From the NCBI GenBank assembly GCA_051252135.1, contig JBPOGH010000004.1, forward strand, positions 96,001 through 160,000: 64,000 bases of DNA, in the 5' to 3' direction. This DNA is from Verrucomicrobiaceae bacterium. GTDB lineage: Bacteria; Verrucomicrobiota; Verrucomicrobiia; Verrucomicrobiales; Akkermansiaceae. The notes beneath the pieces were generated by a model. It had not been told where the DNA came from, made no database searches, and saw only the letters and a list, made by a program, of their open reading frames with translations. The stretch's first letter is position 1. Each line of letters opens with the position of its first letter. Both the position numbers and the translations under genes were made by a program. Shown here in pieces: positions 48,369 to 57,685 of this stretch.

Positions 48369-49754
48369 TTATTTTGCCTTGGTGCGGAAATCGCCGCCGA
48401 GGGCGAGGTGGAGGTCGATGCGGTTCTGGAGGCGGAGATTGCGGAGGCGGATGAGGGAGGCGCGGGCGTTCTCGGCCCGGCGTTGGGCTTCGAGGTATTC
48501 GAGGAAGGAGGCGCCTTCGATTCCGAGGGTGATGTCATTGAGGGCGCGTTTTTCGGCGCGGTTGGATTGTTCGACTTCGGTCTCGAGGAATCCTTCCTGT
48601 TCGAGGAGGGAGCGGTCGGCGGCGAGGGCGGACTCGACCTCCCGGAAGGCAGTGAGGGCGATGCGGGCGTAGTCGTGAATCTCAGCCTTGTTGCGCTGGA
48701 GGGCGGCGCGGGCTTGGGCGGAGGGAGCGCCGCCGCGGTAGATTGTTTGGGCGAGGGAGGAGGCGGCGGAGTAGACGAGGTAGTTGGGATCGAAGGCGCG
48801 GCGGATTCCGGAGTCACCATTTGAGGCGCTTCCGGTGAGGGTGAGTGAGGGGAGGAGGTCTTTGCGTGCGGACTCGGCGCGTTGGGCGGAGGCGTAGAGG
48901 TCTGCGCGGGCGGCCTGGAGATCGGGGCGGCGGGCGAGGAGGTCGGAGGGGAGTCCGGCGGGGATGGTCTTGGCGAGAGTGGGGAGGGTGCTGGAGGAGG
49001 CGACGGTGGCGGAGGGGTAGCGGCCGAGGAGGACCTCGAGGGAGCGGGCGGCGTCGTCGCGATCGAGCTGGCGGGAGCGGAGGGTTCGTTCGGCGCTGGC
49101 GATGTTATTGCGGGCGAACTGGACGTCTACGGCGCGGAGGGTTTGGGCCTTGTAGCGGCGTTCGACGACGGGGAGGGCTTTGCGGTAGGATTCGACGGTG
49201 CGTTCGGCGAGGTCGAGCTGGCGTTCGGCGGTGACGAGATTGCACCAGGCGCGGGCGGTGTTGGCGGCGAGGGAGAGGCGAGCGCCCCGGAAGTCGGCGA
49301 GGGTGGCGGCGTAGTCTGCGCGGCTGGCGCGCTCGATATTGCGGAGGCGGCCCCAGAGGTCGGCTTCCCAGCTGGCATTGAGGGAGAGGGAGTAGTTCTC
49401 GCTGGTGGCGTCATTTTTTCCCCCGCTGCGGCGGTAGGAGGTGGAGGAGCTGACGGAGGGGAGGCGGTTGGACTTGCCGATGATGGTGCCTTCTTTGGCG
49501 GCGCGGAGGCGGTAGCCGGCGGCTTTGAGGTCGTGATTATGAGCGAGGGCCTCGTCGACGAGCCTGGTCATGCGCGAGTCGCTGAATTCGTTGAGCCAGC
49601 CGGTGGAGATTTTGGCATTTTGGCCGGAACGGGCGGCGGCGAAGACGGCGGGAGTTTCGATGCTTGAGGTGGCGACGGCCTGGGGCCCTTTGAGGGCTTC
49701 ACATCCGGTGAGGGCGAAGGTGAGGAGGGTGAGCGCGAAGCAGGGGCGGATCAT
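48369..49754 (-). CDS. Outer membrane efflux lipoprotein, TolC/NodT/OprM family
   Basis: Lipobox LTGC; W..F.D..L..LV..AL..N.DL, SWE.DLWGR, GLPS.LL.RRPD...A, AF.EVE.AL, L..ALGG. Confidence 0.92.
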   Translation of the reverse strand: MIRPCFALTLLTFALTGCEALKGPQAVATSSIETPAVFAAARSGQNAKISTGWLNEFSDSRMTRLVDEALAHNHDLKAAGYRLRAAKEGTIIGKSNRLPSVSSSTSYRRSGGKNDATSENYSLSLNASWEADLWGRLRNIERASRADYAATLADFRGARLSLAANTARAWCNLVTAERQLDLAERTVESYRKALPVVERRYKAQTLRAVDVQFARNNIASAERTLRSRQLDRDDAARSLEVLLGRYPSATVASSSTLPTLAKTIPAGLPSDLLARRPDLQAARADLYASAQRAESARKDLLPSLTLTGSASNGDSGIRRAFDPNYLVYSAASSLAQTIYRGGAPSAQARAALQRNKAEIHDYARIALTAFREVESALAADRSLLEQEGFLETEVEQSNRAEKRALNDITLGIEGASFLEYLEAQRRAENARASLIRLRNLRLQNRIDLHLALGGDFRTKAK

Positions 49755-49802
49755 GTGGTGGGTAGATTAACGATCCTTTACGTGCCTGCAAGGCAGGGGC
49801 TC

Positions 49803-52800
49803 TCACTTTTTCTCCTGGGAGCGGTAGATGGGTTTGGGAAGGTTCCGTGATTTTTCGGTGACTTCCTGTTTGAGGACTTCGATGGCTCTTTGGAGTTGGG
49901 GGTCGCGGCCGGAGGGGAGGTCGTTGGGGGAGAGGTCGACGATGTGGTGCGGGACGGCGCCGTGGAGTTCCATGTCCTGGCCGTCGTTGACGAGGAACCA
50001 GCCGCGGAAGGGGAGGCGCATGCGGCCGAGGCCGAGGATGTTGGTGGATCCGGTGGAGATGACGCCGCCGGCGGTGGGGATGCCGATGAGCTTGCCGCGG
50101 TTGAGGTTTTTGATGGCGTGGGAGAAGATCTCGGCGTTGGAGAAAGAGTTTTCGTTACAGAGGACGACGATGGGTTTGTGCCAGGAGGCGTAGACCTGGC
50201 GGTCCTGGGGGTATCCGGGGTTGCCATTACGCGGGACGGTGAAGGCGTGGCGGGGTTGGGTGAGGGCGGTGAGGAGGTGGTCGGCGGTGAAGCCGCCTCC
50301 GTTATCCCGGACGTCGATGATGAGGCCGTCCTTGCCGGCGCCGCGCTCGTAGAGGTGGTGTTCGAATTCCTCGAATTCCTCCCAGGCCATGCGGGCGACG
50401 TGGAGGTAGCCGAGTTTGTGTTCGGTTTGGGTTTCGACGGTTTGAAGGTTTTGATCGAGGCGGGCGCTGTGGGCGAGGGCGCGGGCCTGGCCGAAGGAGA
50501 TGGGGCGGATGGTGACTTCCCGTGGGTCGGCGTCACCTTTTTTGAGGGTGAGGCGGATGTCGCGATCGAGGCGTCCGGTGAGGACGGTGGTGAGGGGGGT
50601 GTCGGAGCGGAGGCGTTGGCCATCGATGGCGATGATGCGCTCGCCTACTTCGAGATGGCTCTGTGGTCGGTCGGCGGGGCCGTTGGGAAGTACGGAAGTG
50701 ATCGTACGAGCGGAGTCGAGGGTGACGCCGAGGTGGGGGGTGTAATTTCTCCAGGCGGCGCGGTAGGTCCACTCGTTTGGCCAGGGATTGGGGTAGAATC
50801 CGAGGTGGGATCCGTTGAGCTCTCCGAGGAGGAGGGCCATGACACGGCCGTAGATCATTTTGGTGGGGGCTTTGGCGGCGGCGAGCTCGTATTTGGTGCG
50901 GACGTGGTCCCAATCGCGGTGGTTGAGGGCGGGATCGTAGTAGGTGTCGCGCATGGTGCGCCAGGCGAAGCGGAAGCCGATGCGCTGGTAGTCCTCGCGC
51001 TTGCGGGCGAAGGGGATGGAGAAGGAGTATTTGGTGAGGCGTCCTTTGTAGAATTGGGCGGGGACTCCTCCGGAGACGACGTAGATGCGCTCGTTATCCT
51101 TGAAGCGGATGATGGTGCCGGTGCCCTGGATGGCGGTGGCGGGTTTGGCTCCGGCCTTGGCCTCGACGCGGTAGATGGAGCCGTTGGTCTGGAAGGAGAG
51201 GTATTTGGAGTCGGGCATCCAGTGGAGGCTGCCGGGTGAGAGTCCATTAAGGGGGATGCGCTGGATGCGGCGGTGGATGTCCTGGAAGTCGATGACGGGT
51301 TCCTTGGCTTCTTCTTTTTCGGCGGGCTTTTGTTCGTCTTTCTTTTCGGCCTCAGGTTGGGCTTCAACGGCCTTCTTTTTGCCGTCGCCTTTTTCTTCTT
51401 TGGCTTCCTCTTTTTTGGGCTGCTCTTCTTTTTTTGGTTCGGCCTTTTTCTTTTCGTCGGGTTTGTAGAGGGGGTCCCGGGTCATGGTTTTTTTGGCGGA
51501 CTCGAGGCGTTTGTCGCGGTCGCTGGTGAAGTGGGAGTTTTCCTTGAGGTGGACGAAGAAGAGGTCGGTGGCGGTTGAGTGGCGGCGGCCGACGAAGGCG
51601 AGGATTTTGCCATCGGGCGACCAGCGGGGTGAGTATTCGTTATCGGGGTGGCGGGAGACGTTGACGGGGTCGCTCTTTCCATCGGTGGCGATGATGTAGA
51701 TGTCGTTGTTGAAATTTTGGTCGGCGACGGCGTAGGCGAGGTGCAGGCCGTCGGGTGACCAGACGTAGTCGGGCGAGTCCCAGCCTTCGAGGAGCTTGCG
51801 GGGTTCGGATCCATCGGGCTTGGCGATCCAGAGGGTGCCGGGGTATTCGACGTAGGAGATGAGGTCGCCCTTGGGGCTGAGGCGGAAAGAGGATTTGGTG
51901 GCGGGGCCTTTGGTGACGGGGTGGTGGTGGAATTGGTCGGCGGTCCACCAGAAGTCTTTTTTGTTTTGCTTGGACATGCGCCAGTAGTTGGCGGTGATGC
52001 CGTTGTCTTTGAGGTAGTAGAGGTGGTCGCCTTTTTCGCTGAAGTAGATATCCGACTCATAGGCGGGGGAGTCGGTGAGGCGGCGGGGTTCCTTGAGGAC
52101 GGTGTCCATGGCCCAGATTTCGCCCTCGGCGACGAAGGCCCATTCGAGGCCGCTGGGGGTGACGGTGGCGTCATTTGTGGAACGGATGGAGAGGGTTTCG
52201 TGCTCCGGGTGAGGGAGGGTGGCGCGGTGGAAGAGGCGGATTTTTTCGGGCTTGGATCCGGGTTTGGTAGCGAGGGAGTAGAGGTCGAGGAGGTGGCGGA
52301 AGACGAGGGTGGATCCATCACCGGAGACTTGGGGGGCGAAGACGCTGTCGTTCGGGAATTCGGTGAGTTGGCGGTCGTGTTTTTCGCCGAAGCGGTGTTG
52401 CCAGATGTTGAAGGCGCCGCTGCGGGAGGTGACGTAGTAGAAGGAGAGGCCATCGGGAGCCCAGACGGGGTAGCGGCAGCCGGAGGGGTCGGAGACGGGT
52501 TCTTCGAAGGTTTTGTGTTTGAGATCGTAGAGCCAGATGCGGGAGTGTTGGGAGCCGTGGTAGCCTTTTCGGTAGGTGGGTGCGCCGCCGCGGACGAGGA
52601 GGACGAAGCGGCCGTCGGGGGAGTAACGGCCGTCCTTGGCGGTGGCATCGAAGAGGAGGGATTCGTCCTTGGTGGAATCGAAGGGTTTTTCGAGGAGGCG
52701 GGTGGGCCGGCGTCCGGCGTGGTCGCGCTCGCCGCTGACGAGGAGAGTATCCTTTTGGGGGTGGAGGTCTTCGAGGAGGTTGCCCTCGGTGTGGAAGGTG

Positions 52801-53162
52801 AGTTGTTCGGGGGTGCCGCCCTGGATGGGGATGCGGAAGACCTGGGTGGATCCGGTGCGGGAGGAGTTGAAAAAGACGGACTTGCCGTCTTTGGAGAGGA
52901 GAGGGGTGTGGTCGGGGGCGGGGTGGTTGGTGAGGCGGGTGGCTTCTCCGCCATCGGTGGGTGCGGTCCAGAGGTCATCGGCCCAGGCGAGGACGAGGGA
53001 TTTGCCATCGTGCGAGAGGGTGGCGGAGGAGGCGAGCTGGATGGGTTCCGCTGCTGCGCCGAGGTGGGCGAAGGAGAGGGAGAGCGCTGCAAATGCGGCG
53101 GCACACGCGATGCGTGAACCGAAGCCTAGATTCTGCAGCGCTGAAGGGTGAAAACAGCGCAT
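49803..53162 (-). CDS. Tricorn-like protease (peptidase S41 with PD40 propellers and PDZ); start uncertain
   Basis: Multiple (W/Y)SPDG PD40 repeats; LGELNGSH; PDZ GPAD; GYLHV, DVR.NGGG, SFSNAEIF.H, G.PT.GGVI, GA.P, DPQL..A. Confidence 0.92.
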   Translation of the reverse strand: MRCFHPSALQNLGFGSRIACAAAFAALSLSFAHLGAAAEPIQLASSATLSHDGKSLVLAWADDLWTAPTDGGEATRLTNHPAPDHTPLLSKDGKSVFFNSSRTGSTQVFRIPIQGGTPEQLTFHTEGNLLEDLHPQKDTLLVSGERDHAGRRPTRLLEKPFDSTKDESLLFDATAKDGRYSPDGRFVLLVRGGAPTYRKGYHGSQHSRIWLYDLKHKTFEEPVSDPSGCRYPVWAPDGLSFYYVTSRSGAFNIWQHRFGEKHDRQLTEFPNDSVFAPQVSGDGSTLVFRHLLDLYSLATKPGSKPEKIRLFHRATLPHPEHETLSIRSTNDATVTPSGLEWAFVAEGEIWAMDTVLKEPRRLTDSPAYESDIYFSEKGDHLYYLKDNGITANYWRMSKQNKKDFWWTADQFHHHPVTKGPATKSSFRLSPKGDLISYVEYPGTLWIAKPDGSEPRKLLEGWDSPDYVWSPDGLHLAYAVADQNFNNDIYIIATDGKSDPVNVSRHPDNEYSPRWSPDGKILAFVGRRHSTATDLFFVHLKENSHFTSDRDKRLESAKKTMTRDPLYKPDEKKKAEPKKEEQPKKEEAKEEKGDGKKKAVEAQPEAEKKDEQKPAEKEEAKEPVIDFQDIHRRIQRIPLNGLSPGSLHWMPDSKYLSFQTNGSIYRVEAKAGAKPATAIQGTGTIIRFKDNERIYVVSGGVPAQFYKGRLTKYSFSIPFARKREDYQRIGFRFAWRTMRDTYYDPALNHRDWDHVRTKYELAAAKAPTKMIYGRVMALLLGELNGSHLGFYPNPWPNEWTYRAAWRNYTPHLGVTLDSARTITSVLPNGPADRPQSHLEVGERIIAIDGQRLRSDTPLTTVLTGRLDRDIRLTLKKGDADPREVTIRPISFGQARALAHSARLDQNLQTVETQTEHKLGYLHVARMAWEEFEEFEHHLYERGAGKDGLIIDVRDNGGGFTADHLLTALTQPRHAFTVPRNGNPGYPQDRQVYASWHKPIVVLCNENSFSNAEIFSHAIKNLNRGKLIGIPTAGGVISTGSTNILGLGRMRLPFRGWFLVNDGQDMELHGAVPHHIVDLSPNDLPSGRDPQLQRAIEVLKQEVTEKSRNLPKPIYRSQEKK

Positions 53163-53254
53163 GGGGAGTTATTAACATCGCGAGGAGGGTTCGCCAAGTC
53201 GGGAAATTGGGGGCTGGAGTTCGCATTTTGGGGATGTGGGTTTAGGGTTGGGGC

Positions 53255-54517
53255 ATGGAATCACCTTTGCGGGGCGACCGCGACCGGCTGCGGCGGATGA
53301 GGATGTGGGCGACGGGTCTGCTTGTGCTGATGGCGGTGGTTTACGCGGTGTCGCGGAGCTTTGAGGGGGCGTGGTCGGGATTTCCCTGGGTGATGGCGTT
53401 TGCGGAGGCGGCGATGGTGGGGGCGTTGGCGGATTGGTTTGCGGTGACGGCGTTGTTTCGTCATCCGTTGGGCTTGCCGATCCCGCATACCGCGATTGTG
53501 CGGCGGGAGAAGGTGCGGGTGGGGAAGATGATCGGGAGGTTTTTGCGGCGGAGTTTTCTGAGTCCTTCGGTGGTGCGGGAGCAGTGGCGGGAGTATCGGC
53601 CGTTGCATCGCTTGGTTGCGGTGGCGGCGGATGAGGAGAACGGGAAGGCTCTGGCGCTGCGGGTGGAGCAGGTGGCTCCGTCCTTTTTGAAAACGGTGGA
53701 GGGCAGCGGCGCGGCGCGGGCGGCGAGTGAGGTGTTGCGCGATGGGCTGAGGAAGATGCCGGTGGGGAAGGTGATGGGATACGGGGTGCAGGCGTTCTTG
53801 AAGAATCCGAGGAGGCGGGAGTTGATGGCTCCGGTGCTGGCGCGGCTGGCGAGATTGGTGGAGGAGCAGTCGGGCTATTTTATTTCGGAAGCGGAGAAGG
53901 AGGCGCCTTTTCAGGAGAAGCGGGTTCTGGGTGCGTTGACGCGGGGGGTGACGCGGGCGTTTTCGGGACGGGCGGTTGAGAAGGCGGGGGTGAAGCTGGC
54001 GGAGGCGTCGCGGGATTACGGGCATCCTCTTTATGACAAGATCGAGGAGAGTCTGGGGGAGGCGGTGACGGAGCTGGATGAGGGGAGCGAGACGGTGCGG
54101 GAGTGGGAGGTTTTTAAGGATCGGATTTTGAATGATCCGGAGACGGGGGCGGTGATTGAGAAGGTGCTGCGGAGTTCGGGGGAGTTGCTCTCGGATGAGT
54201 TACTGGCGGGGGATGAGAATCCGCGGGTGGTGACGATGATCCGGGAGGTGGCGCAGGGGTTGAAGGAAAAGGAGGAGGTTTTGGAGCAGTGGGAGGAACG
54301 GATGGGGGAGATGCTGGAGCGTCTTTTGCAAGGTCACGGGGAGAAGGTGGAGGCGCTGGTGACGGGGATGGTGGCGCGGTGGGATGCCGATCAATTGATT
54401 GAGACGCTGGAGACGCATGTGGGGCCGGATTTGCAGTTTATCCGGATTAACGGGACCTTGATTGGGGGGTGCGTGGGGGTGGTGCTGCACGCGGTGGGGA
54501 TGGTGGTTTGGGGGTGA
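53255..54517 (+). CDS. DUF445 family membrane protein (YjiN-like)
   Basis: AEAAMVGALADWFAVTALFRHPLGLPIPHTAI and VG.DLQFIRINGT.IGG. Confidence 0.92.
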   Translation: MESPLRGDRDRLRRMRMWATGLLVLMAVVYAVSRSFEGAWSGFPWVMAFAEAAMVGALADWFAVTALFRHPLGLPIPHTAIVRREKVRVGKMIGRFLRRSFLSPSVVREQWREYRPLHRLVAVAADEENGKALALRVEQVAPSFLKTVEGSGAARAASEVLRDGLRKMPVGKVMGYGVQAFLKNPRRRELMAPVLARLARLVEEQSGYFISEAEKEAPFQEKRVLGALTRGVTRAFSGRAVEKAGVKLAEASRDYGHPLYDKIEESLGEAVTELDEGSETVREWEVFKDRILNDPETGAVIEKVLRSSGELLSDELLAGDENPRVVTMIREVAQGLKEKEEVLEQWEERMGEMLERLLQGHGEKVEALVTGMVARWDADQLIETLETHVGPDLQFIRINGTLIGGCVGVVLHAVGMVVWG

Positions 54518-54900
54518 GGTTTGCTATGGGGTGAGTTTCTTTTGGTGGGGAGGGGTGATGGAGAAGAGGGTGGTGAGGGAGGCGAGGGTGATGGTGCGGC
54601 CGGTGATGCCGGAGGAGGTGGTGGGTGTGTTTTGGGATTCAATTTGGCGGAGGGTTTTGAGGATGCCGGGGTAGTTGCGTTCGGCTTGGCGGAGGGTTTT
54701 GTAGGGGGCTTTGATCATGGGTGGATTTGAGGGGGAGGGATTTCTTTTTGAGGTGGCGTTTTTTGGGTTGGGTGATGCGGAAGCGGGCGGAGTGCCAGTT
54801 GGCCTCGCGGGTTCCGAGGAGGATGGGGAGGCCGATGAGGTGGAGGCGCAACCGGAACGAAGGGGAACCGGAGCAAAGTGGAGATGATCGAAGACGAAAA

Positions 54901-54926
54901 GGCGGACAGGGATGTCCACTCTCCTT
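54901..54926 (-). repeat. REP-like palindrome downstream of the vWA gene
   Basis: Minus strand GGAGA-GTGGACA-TCCC-TGTCCGC: GGAG tail plus hairpin. Confidence 0.45.
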
Positions 54927-54980
54927 ATTGGAGTGGTTGTGGGGGCTTGGGTTGGGTGGTGGGGGCAGATGAGGGGGTGG

Positions 54981-55646
54981 TTAATCGGTGGTTTGGAATT
55001 TGGCGGATTCTTCGGTGACGATTTGGGTCATGTCTTTGTGGGCGGCTTCGTGGCGGGATGATTTGTCGCGGAGGGCGGAGGTTTTCCGGGAGAGGCTGGA
55101 GGCGGAGGTGCGGACGCCTACTTTGGAGTATTGGATGGCGGCGGAGTTTTGGGATTTGATGCCGATGGAGGAGGCGGTGGCGATGGCGTCCTGGTGGGCG
55201 GCGAGGAAGAGGATTTCCCAGGAGTATTTTGTTTCCTGGTGGCGGATCATTTTGGCGATGCGGCTGTGGGTGAAGAGGGTGGAGGCGTTTTCATATCCAT
55301 CGGTGAAGATGGCGATGATGACGGTCTCGGGGCGTTCGGCTTCAGGGCGGTTGGCGAGGGTTTCGCCGAGGGTGATGATGGTGGTGCCGATGGCATCGAG
55401 GAGGGCGGTGGATCCGCGGGGGACGAAGGTGGTGGGATCGAGGAGGGGGATTTGGGAGATGGGGGTGGAGGTGTGGGGGGTGAGGATTTCGTCATCGAAG
55501 AGGACGAGGGTGAGGTTGGCTTGTCCGGGGGCTTCGATTTGGTCGCTGAGGAAGTGGTTGAATCCGGAGATGGCGGCATCGGTCATGGAGGACATGGATC
55601 CGGAGCGGTCGAGGATGTAGGCGATTTCGGTTAGGTCTTTTTTCAT
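54981..55646 (-). CDS. Stand-alone von Willebrand factor A (vWA) domain protein
   Basis: MIDAS DRSGSM, P.GSTALLDAIG, IFTDGYENAS. Confidence 0.9.
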   Translation of the reverse strand: MKKDLTEIAYILDRSGSMSSMTDAAISGFNHFLSDQIEAPGQANLTLVLFDDEILTPHTSTPISQIPLLDPTTFVPRGSTALLDAIGTTIITLGETLANRPEAERPETVIIAIFTDGYENASTLFTHSRIAKMIRHQETKYSWEILFLAAHQDAIATASSIGIKSQNSAAIQYSKVGVRTSASSLSRKTSALRDKSSRHEAAHKDMTQIVTEESAKFQTTD

Positions 55647-55816
55647 TGCACCCTATGTTTATAGGTTTACTTAAACGAGACAAGCCAAAAAAACGACACA
55701 CACGTTTTTGACGTGACTGATTGAGGGAGAGGGGTTAGTTAGTTCGGTGTGATTGAATTTATGGGAAACTTGACCGGAGGGGACGCGGGGTTGAAGACCC
55801 GTGCTCCATATTAGGG

Positions 55817-56647
55817 ATGGGGAATGCGACGAATGAGGGGAATTGGGCGGCGCGGGAGCGGCTGCGGAGTGTGGAGGTGCGGTTGTGGTGGCGCGGGCAT
55901 GTGGGGCGGAAGGAATTGACGGAGGGGTTTGGGATTTCGGCGGCGCAGGCGACATCCGATCTGCAGCGGTATTTTGAGCTGAATGAGGGGGCGTGTTTTT
56001 ATAATACAAAGAGCAAGCGGTATGAGGCGACGCAGGGGATGGGGTGTGTGTTGCACGGGCCGGTGATGGAGGAGGGGCTTACGTTGGCGTTTGGGGAGAT
56101 GGTGGGGGAGCGTTGGCAGCGGGAGCGGGTGTGGGACGGGAGGAAGCCGGGTCTGCTGGGGGCGGTGAATCTGCCGGTGCGGGAGGGTCGGCCGTGGGTG
56201 GAGCGGGTGATGGTGCTGGCGGCGGGTGGTTTGCGGCGGGTGCGGGTGAAGTATGGGTCGGTGAAGTCCGGGAGGTCACGCTGGCGGGAGATGGTGCCGC
56301 GGACGTTTGGGTGGGACGGGAGGCGGTGGCATGCGCGGGCGTTTTGTCTGGAGAACGGGGATTGGCGGGATTTTGTGTTGGGGAGGATTGAGGAGGCGGA
56401 GTGGCCGGGGAAGGAGGAGGAGGTGCCGGTGGATGAGGGGTGGGAGAATTGGGTGGTGGTGCGGCTGCGGGTGAATCCGGAGCTGGATGCGGTGCAGCGG
56501 CGGGCCTTGCGAATGGATTACGGGCTGGAAGAGGATGTGCTGGAGGTGCGGGTGCGGGAGGCGATGCGGCCTTATTTGCTGGCGGAGATGTTTCTGGAGG
56601 GGGAAAGCGGGGTGGAGGCGCCGAGGCATTTTGTGGTGGGTGGGTGA
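55817..56647 (+). CDS. WYL-domain transcriptional regulator, BrxR/CapW-like (wHTH-WYL-WCX)
   Basis: N-terminal RL..VE.RLWW.G.V.R.EL...FGIS..QA..DL.RY wHTH; WYL core Y.S.......R...P......G.RWH.RAFC.....WRDFVLGRI; C-terminal D..W...V.L.VNP.L...QR....DYG. Confidence 0.88.
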   Translation: MGNATNEGNWAARERLRSVEVRLWWRGHVGRKELTEGFGISAAQATSDLQRYFELNEGACFYNTKSKRYEATQGMGCVLHGPVMEEGLTLAFGEMVGERWQRERVWDGRKPGLLGAVNLPVREGRPWVERVMVLAAGGLRRVRVKYGSVKSGRSRWREMVPRTFGWDGRRWHARAFCLENGDWRDFVLGRIEEAEWPGKEEEVPVDEGWENWVVVRLRVNPELDAVQRRALRMDYGLEEDVLEVRVREAMRPYLLAEMFLEGESGVEAPRHFVVGG

Positions 56648-56690
56648 GGGGGGGGAGAATTAGGAATTTAAAATTAGGAATTAGGAATGG

Positions 56691-56768
56691 CTTGGTTGAG
56701 GGGCTTGGTTGGGGGGCTTGGTTGGGGGGCTTGGTTGGGGGGCTTGGTTGGGGGGCTTGGTTGGGGGG
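56691..56768 (+). repeat. G-rich tandem repeat, unit CTTGGTTGGGGGG (13 nt), 6 copies
   Basis: Unit starts at 56691 (variant with A), 56704, 56717, 56730, 56743, 56756. Confidence 0.95.
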
Positions 56769-56862
56769 AACACCGAACATTTAACATTTAACATTTAAGT
56801 TTGAAGTTGGTTGAGGGGCTTGCGAAGCGAAGCGGCGGGGCGCCGCGACTCCTTTTTAGTGC

Positions 56863-56892
56863 AAAAAAAAGCGCCCTTTGGAGGGGCGCTTT
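56863..56892 (-). terminator. Rho-independent terminator of the sdh operon
   Basis: A8-GCGCCCT-TTGG-AGGGGCGC-TTT hairpin, giving a U8 tail on the minus strand. Confidence 0.85.
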
Positions 56893-56918
56893 GGGAGGAG
56901 TTTTTGGAGCGGGGCTCG

Positions 56919-57680
56919 TTATGAGGTGGCTTCGCGGGCGCTGGCGGCGAGGTAGTCGCGGTTGAGCTTGGCGATGTGGTCGGCGCTGATTTCTTTGGGG
57001 CAGACGGCTTCGCACTCGTATTGGTTGGTGCAGTTTCCGAAGCCTTCGGCGTCCATTTGGCGGACCATGGCGAGGGTGCGGGCGTCCTTTTCGACCTGTC
57101 CCTGGGGGAGGTGGTTGAGGTGGGAGGCCTTGGCGGAGACGAAGAGCATGGCGGAGGCGTTCTTACACGCGGCGACGCAGGCTCCACAGCCGATGCAGGC
57201 GGCGGCGTCGAAGGCGGCGTCGGCATCCGGTTTGGGGACGGGGACGGCGTGGGCGTCTGGCGCGGATCCGGTGCGGACGGAGATGAATCCACCGGACTCA
57301 ATGATGCGGTCGAAAGAGGAGCGGTCGGTGACGAGGTCTTTGACGACGGGGAAGGCGTTGGCGCGGAAGGGCTCGATCCAGATGGTGTCGCCATCGGAGT
57401 ACTTGCGCATGTGGAGTTGGCAGGTGGTGATGCCACGTTCCTTGGAGTGTGGGACTCCGTTGATGGTCATGGAGCACATGCCGCAGATGCCTTCGCGGCA
57501 GTCGTGGTCGAAGTGAATGGGGTCGTGTCCGTCCTTGATGAGTCGTTCGTTGACGATGTCGATCATTTCGAGGAAGGAAGCGGAGGTGGGGATTTCCTTG
57601 GCTTCGTATGTTTCGATACGACCTTCGGCATCGGCGTTATCCTGACGCCAGACTTTGAGAGTAAGGTTTAAAAGGGGCAT
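56919..57680 (-). CDS. sdhB: Succinate dehydrogenase/fumarate reductase iron-sulfur subunit
   Basis: [37 protein letters not shown]. Confidence 0.96.
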   Translation of the reverse strand: MPLLNLTLKVWRQDNADAEGRIETYEAKEIPTSASFLEMIDIVNERLIKDGHDPIHFDHDCREGICGMCSMTINGVPHSKERGITTCQLHMRKYSDGDTIWIEPFRANAFPVVKDLVTDRSSFDRIIESGGFISVRTGSAPDAHAVPVPKPDADAAFDAAACIGCGACVAACKNASAMLFVSAKASHLNHLPQGQVEKDARTLAMVRQMDAEGFGNCTNQYECEAVCPKEISADHIAKLNRDYLAASAREATS

Positions 57681-57685
57681 GGCGA

